64,000 bases of DNA from an uncultured bacterium (GTDB taxonomy: Bacteria > Krumholzibacteriota > Krumholzibacteriia > LZORAL124-64-63). The first letter of the stretch is position 1, and every line of letters begins with the position of its first letter. The notes under the pieces are model-generated. The model saw only the letters and a program-made list of their open reading frames with translations, searched no databases and was not told where the DNA came from. Positions 52,521-62,536 of this stretch are shown piece by piece. Location of the stretch: contig CAVSGO010000007.1 of assembly GCA_963727525.1 (NCBI GenBank), positions 256,001 to 320,000 of the forward strand, given 5' to 3'. The translations under genes were made by a program, and so were the position numbers.

Positions 52521-52561
52521 ATCCCCATTACCCATCCCGCGACGCCCGGTCCCCAACACAA

Positions 52562-52640
52562 GCCGGGGGGCTCTGTCGGTGGGTGAGATGGCGCCTCATT
52601 CCATGCGAAGCCACCTCACCCACCGACAGAGCCCCCCGGC
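52562..52640 (-). repeat. Long inverted repeat (31-bp RNA stem) in the 3' region of selenoprotein A
   Basis: 52562-52587 is the exact reverse complement of 52615-52640; the stem extends by one G-U pair plus 4 bp on the minus strand; 17-nt loop. Confidence 0.9.
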
Positions 52641-52662
52641 GCTCTGCGCCATCCCGCAGCGT

Positions 52663-54666
52663 CTATTTGACGAGAGTCATCTTTCTCGTCAGCGTCTGCG
52701 CGTCCGTCGCCAGGCGATACACGTAGGTGCCAGAGGCGGCGGCAAGACCCGAGTCGGTCCGGCCGTCCCACACCACGGCGTGATCGCCCGATGCCATCGG
52801 CTCGTTGATCAGAGTGCGTACCATGTGGCCCTGCAGGTCGAAGACCTCCAGGCGCACCGGGCCGCGCTGGTCGAGCACGAAGGCGATCTTCGTGGACGGG
52901 TTGAAGGGGTTGGGCTGGTTCTGGGCGAGCGTCAGCGGGCGCGGCGCTTCGTCCTGGACCGGCGTCGAACCACCGGGGATCAACCAGTCGAGGCTGTTCT
53001 GCATGACGGCGTCGCGACTCGCGGCATCGGCGATGCCTTCCAGGCCGAAGCCGAGGAACACGATCTTGAAGCCGTTCATGTCGGTGCGCGAGCCGGCAAC
53101 GCGATCATTCGCGTAGTCGAAGATCGGCACGGCATCCGAGTAGTAGGTCTGGAACCAGTCGGGGTCGGACTGGTTGTTGGCGCCGTCGCCACCGGTGAGC
53201 TCGAAGGCGAGTCCGTCACCGATGGCATCGTCCGCCACACCCACGACCGAAGTACTGCCGGAGTTGCCACCGCGGAGGCGAATCCGGGTCTTGTTCTGGA
53301 ACCAGGTATTGAGGCCGTCGGCGTAGAGCGCCTCGGCGAGGTCCTGGCCCGACCAGAGCATGCGGCCGCCGGCGCCGAGGTAGGCGTCGATGGCGTCGCG
53401 GTCTTCGGCGTTGAAGCCGGGGTTCGCGTTGCCGCAGGCCCACACGACGGCGTCGAACATGCCGAGCGACGCCGCGTCGACCGTGGTCAGCGAACGGTTC
53501 CAGATCGTCACCGTCCGCCCGGCCGCGGTGATGGCCGGTTCGAAGTAGTCGGCGGCATAGCCCGCGTCGGCATCGTCGGCGATGAGCAGCACGTCGCGGC
53601 CGCCGGGCACCGCGAGGAAGCTCGCGGAGGCCACGGTCGCCTGGGCGCCCTGGCTATGCACGTTCAGCGTCACGGTGCCGTAGTCCGCGTCGGCCGCGTC
53701 CGTGGTCACCACGAGCTGCGTCGTGCCGAAGCTGGGGATCGGCACCGTCACGCTGGTGCCGTCCACACCATCGTGCGTGAAGTGGGCCGACCAGCCGGTC
53801 GGAAGCTGCGACGTGTCCAGCGTGATGTCGTAGACGTCGTCTTCCAGACCGAAGTTGGTGACGGTGGCCGTGCCGAAGACCAGCGGTCCGCCGGTCGCGA
53901 CGGCCTGCTGCTGTCCGTCAACGGCAACGCCGCCGGCGAACGGCAGGCTGCGGCTGTTGCCGCTGTTGTAGATGAACTTGTCGGTGTCGCGCTGTACCCA
54001 GACGATCGCTTGCATGTTCGCCGGGTTCCAGTCACCCATGACGAAGGGCAGCGTGACCGTCTGGATGTCGCCGATGTTCTGGGCCGTCAGCGGCGTGCCG
54101 GTGGCGTTGGGAAGCATGTCGCGCAGCACGTGTTCGAACGTGCGCGGTGCGTAGTAGAGGTCGCTCTCGACGATCGCGACACGCAGGTACGTGTTGGCGA
54201 TACTCGCAAGGTTCTCTCCGACGATCTCCACCTGCGCCGTCACGGAGGCGTTCCCGGGGGTGAAACTGTAGGCCTCCACCGTCACCGAGACCGGCGTGGT
54301 GTTTGTCCAGTGGTTCTCGATCACCGGGAAGTAGAGATGCCCGTCCATGGCGTCCGTACCGGCTCCGACGATGTGGTAGAACCCATCGAAGTAGAGGTCG
54401 GGGATGCCGCTCATGCTGTAATAGCTCTGACGCTGATCCGATTCCGGACAGCTCAGACCACCGCTCGATGCGAGGTAGTTGATGTAATTGAACTGGGTCG
54501 GTTGGTAGGTGTCCTCGCACACGGCGAGTCCCGCTTCAGCGTTGGGGCAGTACACTCACCAGGTGGCGGCGCCCAGCTCGGCCAAGACCGTGCGGGGCAC
54601 CTGGGCGTTGGCGACGGCGCTCGTCATCAAGACGCCGAACACCAGCAGCGACAGCATGCGCTTCAT
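52663..54666 (-). CDS. Secreted Omp28/thioredoxin-fold selenoprotein A (667 aa, Sec37) with FlgD-Ig C-terminal domain
   Basis: GGAGG RBS, ATG 54666, signal peptide, RTVLAELGAATW-TGA(54556-54558)-VYC in frame, GIPDLYFDG, HVLRDML, NQPNPFNP..RKMTLVK. Confidence 0.88.
54517..54555 (-). promoter_or_regulatory. SECIS-like hairpin A
   Basis: 39 nt after UGA; CGC-UGAA-GCG apical stem-loop 17 nt from the UGA, with an extended lower stem (folded by eye). Confidence 0.6.
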
Positions 54667-54811
54667 GGTTTTCCTCCGGAGGGTTGGCAGCTTCGAACAT
54701 GCCCGCGGGCATATGCTTCGACGATAGCACATGCTCCTCGAGTATACCAGTGTAACCTGATGGGAATTGATGTTTTAAAACGGTTCTCATGATCAGGATG
54801 CCTGCCTGTGG

Positions 54812-54841
54812 CACGGCCTCCCACCGGAGCGGGAGGCCGTG
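54812..54841 (-). terminator. Hairpin after selenoprotein B
   Basis: CACGGCCTCCC-N8-GGGAGGCCGTG; similar to the hairpin at 57011. Confidence 0.6.
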
Positions 54842-54860
54842 ACGTCGGCACGAGGATGCC

Positions 54861-56870
54861 CTATTTCACCAGGGTCATCTTCCTCGTCAGCGATTGCGTG
54901 TCGGTCTGCAGGCGGTACACATAGGTGCCGGAAGCGGCGCTTGGACCGTTATCGGTCCGGCCGTCCCACACCACGGTGTGGTCACCCGCGTCCATAGCTT
55001 CGCTGGCCAGCGTACGCACCAGGCGGCCCTGCAGGTCGAAGACCTCCAGCCGCACGGGACTCCGCTGGTCGAGAACGAAGGCGATCTTGGTCGACGGGTT
55101 GAAGGGATTGGGCTGGTTCTGGGCGAGCGCCAGGGGTTTCGGGGCCTGGTCCTCGACCGGCGTCGACGTGGTGCCGATCAGCCAGTCGAGGCTGCTGTCC
55201 ATGACGCTGTTGCGGTCCGCCTGGTCGGCGATGCCCTCGAGGCCGAAGGCCAGGAACACCAGCTTGTAGCCCGTGATCTCGATGCGGCTGCCTGCCAGCG
55301 CGCCGGTGCCATACTGGAATACCGGGATGGCGTCGGCGGTCAGTGTCTCGATCACGTCGGGGTCGCTCTGATTGTTGGCGCCGTCGCCGCCGTTCAGGGT
55401 GAACGCGAGCCCGTCGCCGATGGGATCGTCGGCCACGCCGGTGATGGCAAGGTTGCCGGAATTGCCGCTGACGACTCGGCAGCGGGTCTTGAATTGCATC
55501 CAGAGGTTGGCCGAGCCACCTTCGGCCTGCAGGTCCTGGGCGATGTCCTGACCCGTGATGAGGATCTTGCCGCCGGCCGTGAGGTAAGTGTCGATCGCGG
55601 CGCGATCGGCCGCCTCGAGACCGGGATTGGTGCCGCCGCAGGCCCACACGACCGCGTCGAAGTGACTCAGCACACTGCCGTCGAGCGCCGTCAGGTTGCG
55701 GTCCCACACGGAGTACGTGCGGGCCGACGCGCCGACCGCGGGACCGACGAAGTCGGTGGCGATGTTGTCCAGGCCGTCATCGGCGACCAGGAGCACGGTC
55801 TTGGTACCCGACACTGCGACGAAGTCGAGGGAGGCGACGTTGGAACCCGCTCCCTGGCTGGCGATGTTCAGCGTGACCTGTCCGCTTTGGTCGTCGGCCG
55901 CGTCGATCGTCACGACGAGGTCAAGGCTGTTGAAGCTGGCGAGCGGCAGCGTCATGCTCGTGGCGTCGGCGCCGTCGTGCGTGAAGTGCGCGTCCCAGCC
56001 GGCCGGAAGGCTGCCCAGTTCCAGGCTGATGTCGTAAACATCGTCCTCGAGGCCCAGGTTCGTGACCGTGGTGTTGCCGAAGGCTACCGGGCCGCCCTCG
56101 GAGACTGCCTGCTGCGCGCCATCGATGGCCACGCCGGCCGCGAAGGGCACCATGAGGCTGTTGCCGCTGTTGTAGATGAACTTGTCGGAGTCGCGCTGCA
56201 CCCAGACGATGATCTCCAGGTTCGCGCTGTTCCAGGCGCCCATGGTGAACGGCAGGGTGAACTCTTGCGTCTCGCCGCTGTTCTGGATGGTCAACGGCGT
56301 GCCCGTTGCGCTCGGCAGCATGTCGCGCAGTACGTGCTCGTACGTCGAACCGCCATACACGACATCGTTCTCGATGATCGCCGCGCGCACGTAGGTGTTC
56401 GCGGTGCTCGTGAGACTGCCGTCGATGAGTTCCACGCGCACGGTCGCGTACGCGTTGCCGGGCGCGAAGCTGAAGTCCGTCACGGCGACCGCAACGGGTG
56501 TGGAGTTGGTCCAGTGATCCTCGATGATCGGGACGTAGATGTGTCCGTCCTGGGCATCGGACCCGGCTCCGACAAGGTGGTAGTAGCCGTCGAAGAACAG
56601 GTCGGGAATGCCGCCCATCCCGTAATAGCTCATGCGCTGGTCCGATTCCGGGACGCTCAGGCCACCCGAGGAGGCCATGTAGACGATGTAGTTGAACTGT
56701 GTCGGATAGTAGGTGTCCCCGCACACGGCGAGGCCCGCTTCAGCGTTGGGGCAGTACACTCACCAGGTGGCTGCGCCGAGCTCGGCCAGCACCGTGCGTG
56801 GCACCTGGGCAGTAGCGACGGCACTGATCAGAAGCAGGCTGACCGCCACCAGCGATAGCAATCGCTTCAT
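54861..56870 (-). CDS. Secreted Omp28/thioredoxin-fold selenoprotein B (669 aa, Sec37) with FlgD-Ig C-terminal domain
   Basis: GGAGG RBS, ATG 56870, MKRLLSLVAVSLLLISAVATAQVPRTVLAELGAATW-TGA(56760-56762)-VYC in frame. Confidence 0.88.
56721..56759 (-). promoter_or_regulatory. SECIS-like hairpin B
   Basis: Differs from hairpin A at one of 39 nt; same UGAA loop. Confidence 0.6.
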
Positions 56871-57007
56871 GGTTTTCCTCCGGAGGTTGGCAGCTTTGAA
56901 CGATGCCCGTAGGCGTCTGGTGATTTTAGCATGATCTTTATGGAGAATCCAAGTTCAACTTTCGGTTGCTCAAATAAAGAAACAATACTCATTATCTTTT
57001 GACAACG

Positions 57008-57042
57008 AAAATCCGGCCCCCCACCAGAGTGGGAGGCCGGAT
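57008..57042 (-). terminator. Intrinsic terminator after selenoprotein C
   Basis: ATCCGGCC..CCCAC/GTGGG..GGCCGGAT stem followed by a U run on the minus strand. Confidence 0.75.
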
Positions 57043-57069
57043 CGTACGACAAGGGCTCGCAGCGTGTAT

Positions 57070-59085
57070 CTACTTGACCATCAACATCTTCCGTGTCAGA
57101 CGCTGGTTGCCCGCATCCAGGCGATACACGTACGTGCCCGACGCGGCCTGCTGACCGGCGTCAGTGAGACCGTTCCAGACCACGGCGTGGTCACCGGCCG
57201 CCATCGCCTCGCCTGCCAGCAGCGTGCGTACGAGGCGGCCCTGCAGATCGAAGACCTGTAGGCTCACCGGTCCGCGCTGGTTGAGCGCGAAGGCGATCTT
57301 GGTCATCGGGTTGAACGGGTTGGGCTGGTTCTGGGCGAGTGCCAGGGCCTTCGGGGCCTGGTCCTCGACCGGTGTCGACGTGGTGCCGATCAGCCAGTCC
57401 AGCGAGTTGTGCATGACCATGTCACGATCGGCCTGACTGGAGATGCCCTCGAAGCCGAAAGCCAGGAACACCAGCTTGTATCCCGAGATCTCGATCCGGC
57501 TGCCGGCCAGTGAGCCATCGCCGTAGTGGAACACGGGAATGGCGTCGGCCGTCAGCGTCTCGATGACATCCGGGTCGGTCTGGTCGTTGGCGCCGTCGCC
57601 ACCGTTGAGCGTGAAGCTCAGACCATCGCCGATCACATCGCCCGACTCACCGTCGATCTGGAAGTTGTTCGAGTTGCCGTTGAGGAACCGGCAGCGAGTC
57701 TTGAACTGCATCCAGAGGCTGGCCGAACTGCCCTCGGCGGCGAGGTCCTGGGCCACGTCCTGTCCCGTGATCAGGAGGCTGCCGCCGGCGGCGAGATAGG
57801 TGTCGAGTGCTGCGCGGTCGGTGTCGCGCAGACCGGGATTGGTACTGCCGCATTCCCAGATGACGGCATCGTAGTCCGTCAAGACGTTGCCATCGACCGG
57901 ACCCAGCGACCGTTCCCAGGTCGCGTAGGACTTGCCGGCGGACATGATGGCGGGGCCGAAGTACGGATCGGTGAGTCCGGCACCGTCATCGTCGGCGACC
58001 ACCAGCAGATCGGTGCCGCCGGCGAGGCCGGCGAAGGTCAGCGTCTTCACGACTTCCTGACCGGCCTGGCTGAACACCGTGAGGTCGGTACGGCCGGAGC
58101 CGCTCGCGCCCGGCATCATCGTCACGACGAGGTCTGTGCTCGTGAACGGATCCAGTGTCACCGTCGTGCTCGTGCCGTCGACACCGTCATGCGTGAAGTG
58201 GGCGCTCCAGCCCGCGGGCAGCGACGACGTATCGAGCGAGATGTCGTAGGTGTCCTGCTCGGTACCCACATTCACGATGCTCGTCGTGCCGAACACGATG
58301 GGATCGGAACCCTGCGCGATGACCTGCTGGGGACCGTTCACCGCGGCCTGCACCGAGTAGGGGCCGACCTCGCTGTTGCTGCTGTTGTAGATGAACTTGT
58401 CGGTGTCACGCTGCACGAACACGATCGCGTTCATGTTGGTAGCATTCCACGTGCCCATCGTGAACGGCAGGTGCAGGGTCTGCTCCTCGCCGTCGTTCTG
58501 GATCGTCAGTGGCGTGCCGGCCGCATTGGGCAGCATCTTGCGGCAGATGTGGGTGTAGTACTCGTGTCCACCGTACGTGAGGTCGTCCTCGATCAGGACG
58601 ACGCGGATGTACGTGCTGGCGTTGCTCGCCAGGTCGCCGAAGAGCTTCACCTTCACATCGACGAATGCGTCGGTGTGGTCGAACGACCAGTCCGTCACTG
58701 CGCACGCGACCGGTGTGGTGTTGAGGAAGTGGTTGTCGATGATCGGGATATAGGTGTGCCCGTCGACTTCACCGGATCCGGCGCCCACGACCTGCTGGTA
58801 ACCGTCCCACCGCAGGGTGGGGAAGCCGGTCACGCCGTAGTAACCGATGCGCGTCTGCGAGTCCGGGTTGTTGAGCCCGCCGGAGTTGTCCTCGTAGCAG
58901 ACGTACTTGAACTGGGAGTCTTCATAGAGGCCGTCGCACACGGCGAGGCCCGCATAAGCGTTGGGGCAGTACACTCACCAGGTGGCCGAGGCCATCTCGC
59001 AAAGCACCGTCCGGGGCACCTGGGCCGACGCCACAGCGCCGCACAGCAGAATGCCGAGCGCAACGGTAGTAGCCAGTCGCTTCAT
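57070..59085 (-). CDS. Secreted Omp28/thioredoxin-fold selenoprotein C (671 aa, Sec37) with FlgD-Ig C-terminal domain
   Basis: GGAGG RBS, ATG 59085, MKRLATTVALGILLCGAVASAQVPRTVLCEMASATW-TGA(58975-58977)-VYC in frame; GFPTLRWDG; RKMLMVK. Confidence 0.87.
58936..58974 (-). promoter_or_regulatory. SECIS-like hairpin C (variant loop)
   Basis: Same stem as B, but the loop is UUAU. Confidence 0.5.
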
Positions 59086-59238
59086 GGTAACCTCCAGGGG
59101 TTCGCGACTTCGAAATTCGAGACCGCTACCGATTTTATCAGGTATCCCTGTGGGGGGCAAGGGGTGAATCCCGTAAACTGTTGTGATGCAGTAAATTCAA
59201 AAACAGGAGAAATTCGCAGTTTTACCCACTTCGGCGTC

Positions 59239-59269
59239 AAAAACGGCCCCGGCTGGAGCCCGGGGCCGT
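59239..59269 (-). terminator. Intrinsic terminator after the TlpA-barrel gene
   Basis: ACGGCCCCGG..CCGGGGCCGT followed by UUUUU on the minus strand. Confidence 0.8.
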
Positions 59270-59295
59270 CGGCTTGCGCCGCGCGCGGTCGGCGC

Positions 59296-61281
59296 TCAGT
59301 AGCGGAATACCCCGAAGCATTCCACGCCCTCGAACGCCGGCTCGAACTTGCAGACGCCGCCCGAGCACAGGTAGCCCGCCTGGCGCTTGCCGAACCACAC
59401 GTTCAGGCTGCCGCCGTCGTCGAGGGTGTAGCTCACCTGGCCGGCGGGGAAGCTGCTGCCCTGCACCTCGCCCGAGCCGAGCTGGGCGTCGAACTTGTTG
59501 TTGGTCTCGAGGATCGCGTCGAAGGCCCAGTGGGGCGCGATCTCGTGCTCCAGCTTGTACCACTGCTGGTCGTACTTGCCCAGCACGCCCAGGCGCACAT
59601 GTTGCTGCTCGGCCTGCAGCGTCCAGCTGCGGACGGCGCTCTGGTACCAGGTGAGTTCGCCGATCACGGTCTGGCGGATCGCATCCTCACTATCGCGATA
59701 GCCGAATCCGGCGCGGAACCGGAAGTCGCCGAGGCGCTCCTGTTCGAGGTGGCCGTAGATCTCCTCGAAGAGATGCTCGTTCGCGTGGTTGGCGATGCGG
59801 CTCGCATTCGCGAGGGCGTTCCAGCCGTGGGGGCCGGTGTAATTGGCTTCCACCTGCCAGCCCTTCTCATCGTCGGGATCGAGGTTGTGCGGCGCGCGGT
59901 TCAGCAGCGTGTAGATGTGCTCGCGCACCAGGGCGGGCGGACGGTTGAGCGGCTGCTTGCCGTCGGCGCGCTTGATCACCGAAAAGTCACGGTAGTCGCT
60001 GTGTTCCACCGAGAGGCTGACCGGTCCTGTGTACAGGTTCAGATTGCCGTAGTAGGCCTTCCCCGGGGCCTTGTCGAGCGTGGTGGGATCGACGTCGAAA
60101 CCGGTCTTGTGACCGTACTCGAAGTAGGCGTCGCCCTTGCCGAAGAAGAGGCTGGCGCGGCCCGAGGCCACCCACTCGCGCTTGATGTCATCATGCGAGG
60201 GGAGCAGCGACGGCTCGTAGGTCAGGGCCGTGCCTCCCACCTTGAACGCCCATGGCAGTCCGAGCGCCCCGGCGAGCGGCACGTCGAAGGCCGCATCGAG
60301 GCCGCGCACGTCGACGTCGGCGATCTCCGCGCCACTGGTGGCATCGAGCACGCTGGCGGTGCCGGTGGTGCCCGAAAAGACCTGCATGTCGGCGGGGCCG
60401 GCCTGGCCGCGCACGTAGATGCCGTCGAGGCTCGTGTCGACGCGGATGTTGCGATCCTCGTAGCTGTTGAAGACGATGCCGCGGCCGAACATGCCGTAGA
60501 ACTGGCCCACCCGCACGAACGCGTCGCCATTGTTGTACTCGAAGAAGCGGTGGACGATCTTGTTGCGCCGGTTGCCCTCCTCGCTCGGCGCCTGGTGGTC
60601 GAGCAGGATGCCGGTGCGGAAGTCGCCGAAGAGGTACACGACGTCGAGCCAGTTCTCCACCTGCTCCTCGTCGGAGCTGGTGTCGTACTTGTACTTGAAC
60701 TGATCGCGCACGCTGAGCGCATCGCGCCAGTCCACGCCGCCGGTGCCCGCGGAGGCGGCGAGCGGCTCGGTCGGCTGCGTGAGCAGCGTCTCCAGCGCGA
60801 GCCGCACCTCTTCCTCGTCGCCGTCCTTGTAGCCGATGTGGCGGAACGCTTCGGCGCCATTCGCGTCGAATACGACCACGAAGGGAATCATGCCGCCGAT
60901 CTGCATGATCTGCTGCACGTCGCCCGCCGTGTCGAGGGCCACGATCACGTCGTCGTAGCCGCGCGACTGCACGTAGGGCTGCACCTTCGCCACGCTCTTG
61001 CTGTTGTCGATGTTCACGGCGATGAATGTGGCCTTGCTCGCGTACTCGCCGGCGAGCCGATTCATCTGCGGTAGTTCCTTGAGGCACGGGTTGCACCACA
61101 GCGCCCAGAACGACACGACCACCGGCCCCTGGGCCAGTTGCTCGCGCAGGTTCACCGTGCCGCCGCTGGCGGTGGGCAGGGTCCAGTCGGTGCTCAGGTA
61201 ATCGACGGCGGCCGCCGGCAAGGCGGCGCCGGCGAGAATGAGCAGGGCGAGGAATTGCAAAGCCCGGCGGTGGACCACCAT
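59296..61281 (-). CDS. TlpA thioredoxin fused to an outer-membrane beta-barrel (DUF6029-like)
   Basis: Signal peptide; SFWALWCNPC..ELP, IPF; then amphipathic strands (GQFYGMFGRG..SYEDR..DTSLDG) ending GKRQAGYLCSGGVCKFEPAFEGVECFGVFRY. Confidence 0.82.
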   Translation of the reverse strand: MVVHRRALQFLALLILAGAALPAAAVDYLSTDWTLPTASGGTVNLREQLAQGPVVVSFWALWCNPCLKELPQMNRLAGEYASKATFIAVNIDNSKSVAKVQPYVQSRGYDDVIVALDTAGDVQQIMQIGGMIPFVVVFDANGAEAFRHIGYKDGDEEEVRLALETLLTQPTEPLAASAGTGGVDWRDALSVRDQFKYKYDTSSDEEQVENWLDVVYLFGDFRTGILLDHQAPSEEGNRRNKIVHRFFEYNNGDAFVRVGQFYGMFGRGIVFNSYEDRNIRVDTSLDGIYVRGQAGPADMQVFSGTTGTASVLDATSGAEIADVDVRGLDAAFDVPLAGALGLPWAFKVGGTALTYEPSLLPSHDDIKREWVASGRASLFFGKGDAYFEYGHKTGFDVDPTTLDKAPGKAYYGNLNLYTGPVSLSVEHSDYRDFSVIKRADGKQPLNRPPALVREHIYTLLNRAPHNLDPDDEKGWQVEANYTGPHGWNALANASRIANHANEHLFEEIYGHLEQERLGDFRFRAGFGYRDSEDAIRQTVIGELTWYQSAVRSWTLQAEQQHVRLGVLGKYDQQWYKLEHEIAPHWAFDAILETNNKFDAQLGSGEVQGSSFPAGQVSYTLDDGGSLNVWFGKRQAGYLCSGGVCKFEPAFEGVECFGVFRY

Positions 61282-61396
61282 GGTTGCTCCTTCGGCGCGG
61301 CGCGTGACGGGAGGGGCGACCGCCTCACGCGGTTTCGCCCCGTCTCCCGGGCCGGATCGGCACCGGGGGACGGGGCGCTGGGATGGTTCTCGGGTC

Positions 61397-62533
61397 CTAC
61401 TTGACGAGCGACATCTTCACTGTCTGGGTCTGCGCGCCGACCTGGACCTTTGCCAGGTACACGCCCGTGCCCAGGGGATCGCCCGCGCCGTCGCGGCCGT
61501 CCCAGCTCACGCTCTGGCTGCCCGGGGCGACGAGCCCGGCATCGAGCGTGCGCACCTTCTGACCGCGCACGTCGTAGATGTCGATCGCTGCCGGCAGGGC
61601 ATGGTCGCCACCCACAGCGAAGCGGATCTCCGTGCGCGGATTGAACGGGTTCGGCGTTGCCTGCACCCCGCTCAGCAGCGGCTGCGCCATGTCTTCCACG
61701 CCCACGAGGCCTTCGGTGGACACGTAGTACGTGTACGATCCCACGACGGCACCATCGGTATTGCTGGCGATGTTCAGCGTCATCGAACCTGCACCCGTGG
61801 TGAAGAGGGGTGTGAAGTCGAGGTCGAAGTCGAGGAAGCCGCCGCTCGCGACGACACCAGTGACGGGCACGGTGAAGTCGGTCTGCGACGGCGGGTAGCA
61901 GATGCCGTCGTAGCACACGGTCGCGCTCCAGTCCAACGGCATGTCGCGAGTCACGGTCAGCGTGTAGCTGTCGTCCTGCATGCCCGTATTGAAGAGCGCG
62001 GTGTGGAAGCGCACGACTTCACCGTTGTTCGCCGGCAGTATGTTGGCGCCGGGGGCGAACGTGAAGGCCACGGGTGCGTCGCTCAGGGGAAGCACGGTGT
62101 ACGTCACATGCTCGTCGTAGCTCGGGTCGCTATTACTCGTGATGTTGATCGTGTAGGTTCCCGGTCCCTCGGTCACCAGCGTCGTGATGTCGAGATCGAC
62201 CTCAGTGGTTTCGCCCGGCGCGAGCGTACCGGTCTCGGGCACGATGAAGTCGACCAGGTCCGGCGTGTAGCAGACGCCGCCGTAGCATACGCTGAGGGTC
62301 CAGTCGTCGGGAATGTCCTTGGTGACTGTCAGGTGGAAGGTGTCGGCGTTCTCGCCGGTATTCGTGAGTTGCGCGATCACCTGATAGTACGAGAAGATCG
62401 GCATCACCACCGTGGTGGGGCCTGGGTTGTACTGGAGACCGTGGGGTGCTGCCAGGGCGGGGCCGGCGGTGAGGGCCAGCATGAGGCCGCCGGCCAGGCT
62501 ACAGAGGCAAGCGAGCTTGCGCAGGGTCGACAT
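61397..62533 (-). CDS. Secreted protein with two CxxGxC-containing Ig-like repeats and FlgD-Ig C-terminal domain
   Basis: Repeats WTLSVCYGGVCY and WSATVCYDGICY; TPNPFNP..WDGRD..GVY..KMSLVK. Confidence 0.82.
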   Translation of the reverse strand: MSTLRKLACLCSLAGGLMLALTAGPALAAPHGLQYNPGPTTVVMPIFSYYQVIAQLTNTGENADTFHLTVTKDIPDDWTLSVCYGGVCYTPDLVDFIVPETGTLAPGETTEVDLDITTLVTEGPGTYTINITSNSDPSYDEHVTYTVLPLSDAPVAFTFAPGANILPANNGEVVRFHTALFNTGMQDDSYTLTVTRDMPLDWSATVCYDGICYPPSQTDFTVPVTGVVASGGFLDFDLDFTPLFTTGAGSMTLNIASNTDGAVVGSYTYYVSTEGLVGVEDMAQPLLSGVQATPNPFNPRTEIRFAVGGDHALPAAIDIYDVRGQKVRTLDAGLVAPGSQSVSWDGRDGAGDPLGTGVYLAKVQVGAQTQTVKMSLVK

Positions 62534-62536
62534 GAG

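Noticed and set aside
52663-59085. The three TGA-split genes as pseudogenes, or as GTG-initiated proteins
   Set aside because: The same TGA sits at the catalytic Cys position in three diverged, otherwise intact paralogues. RBS and signal peptide lie upstream, and a GTG start would lose both export and the redox motif.
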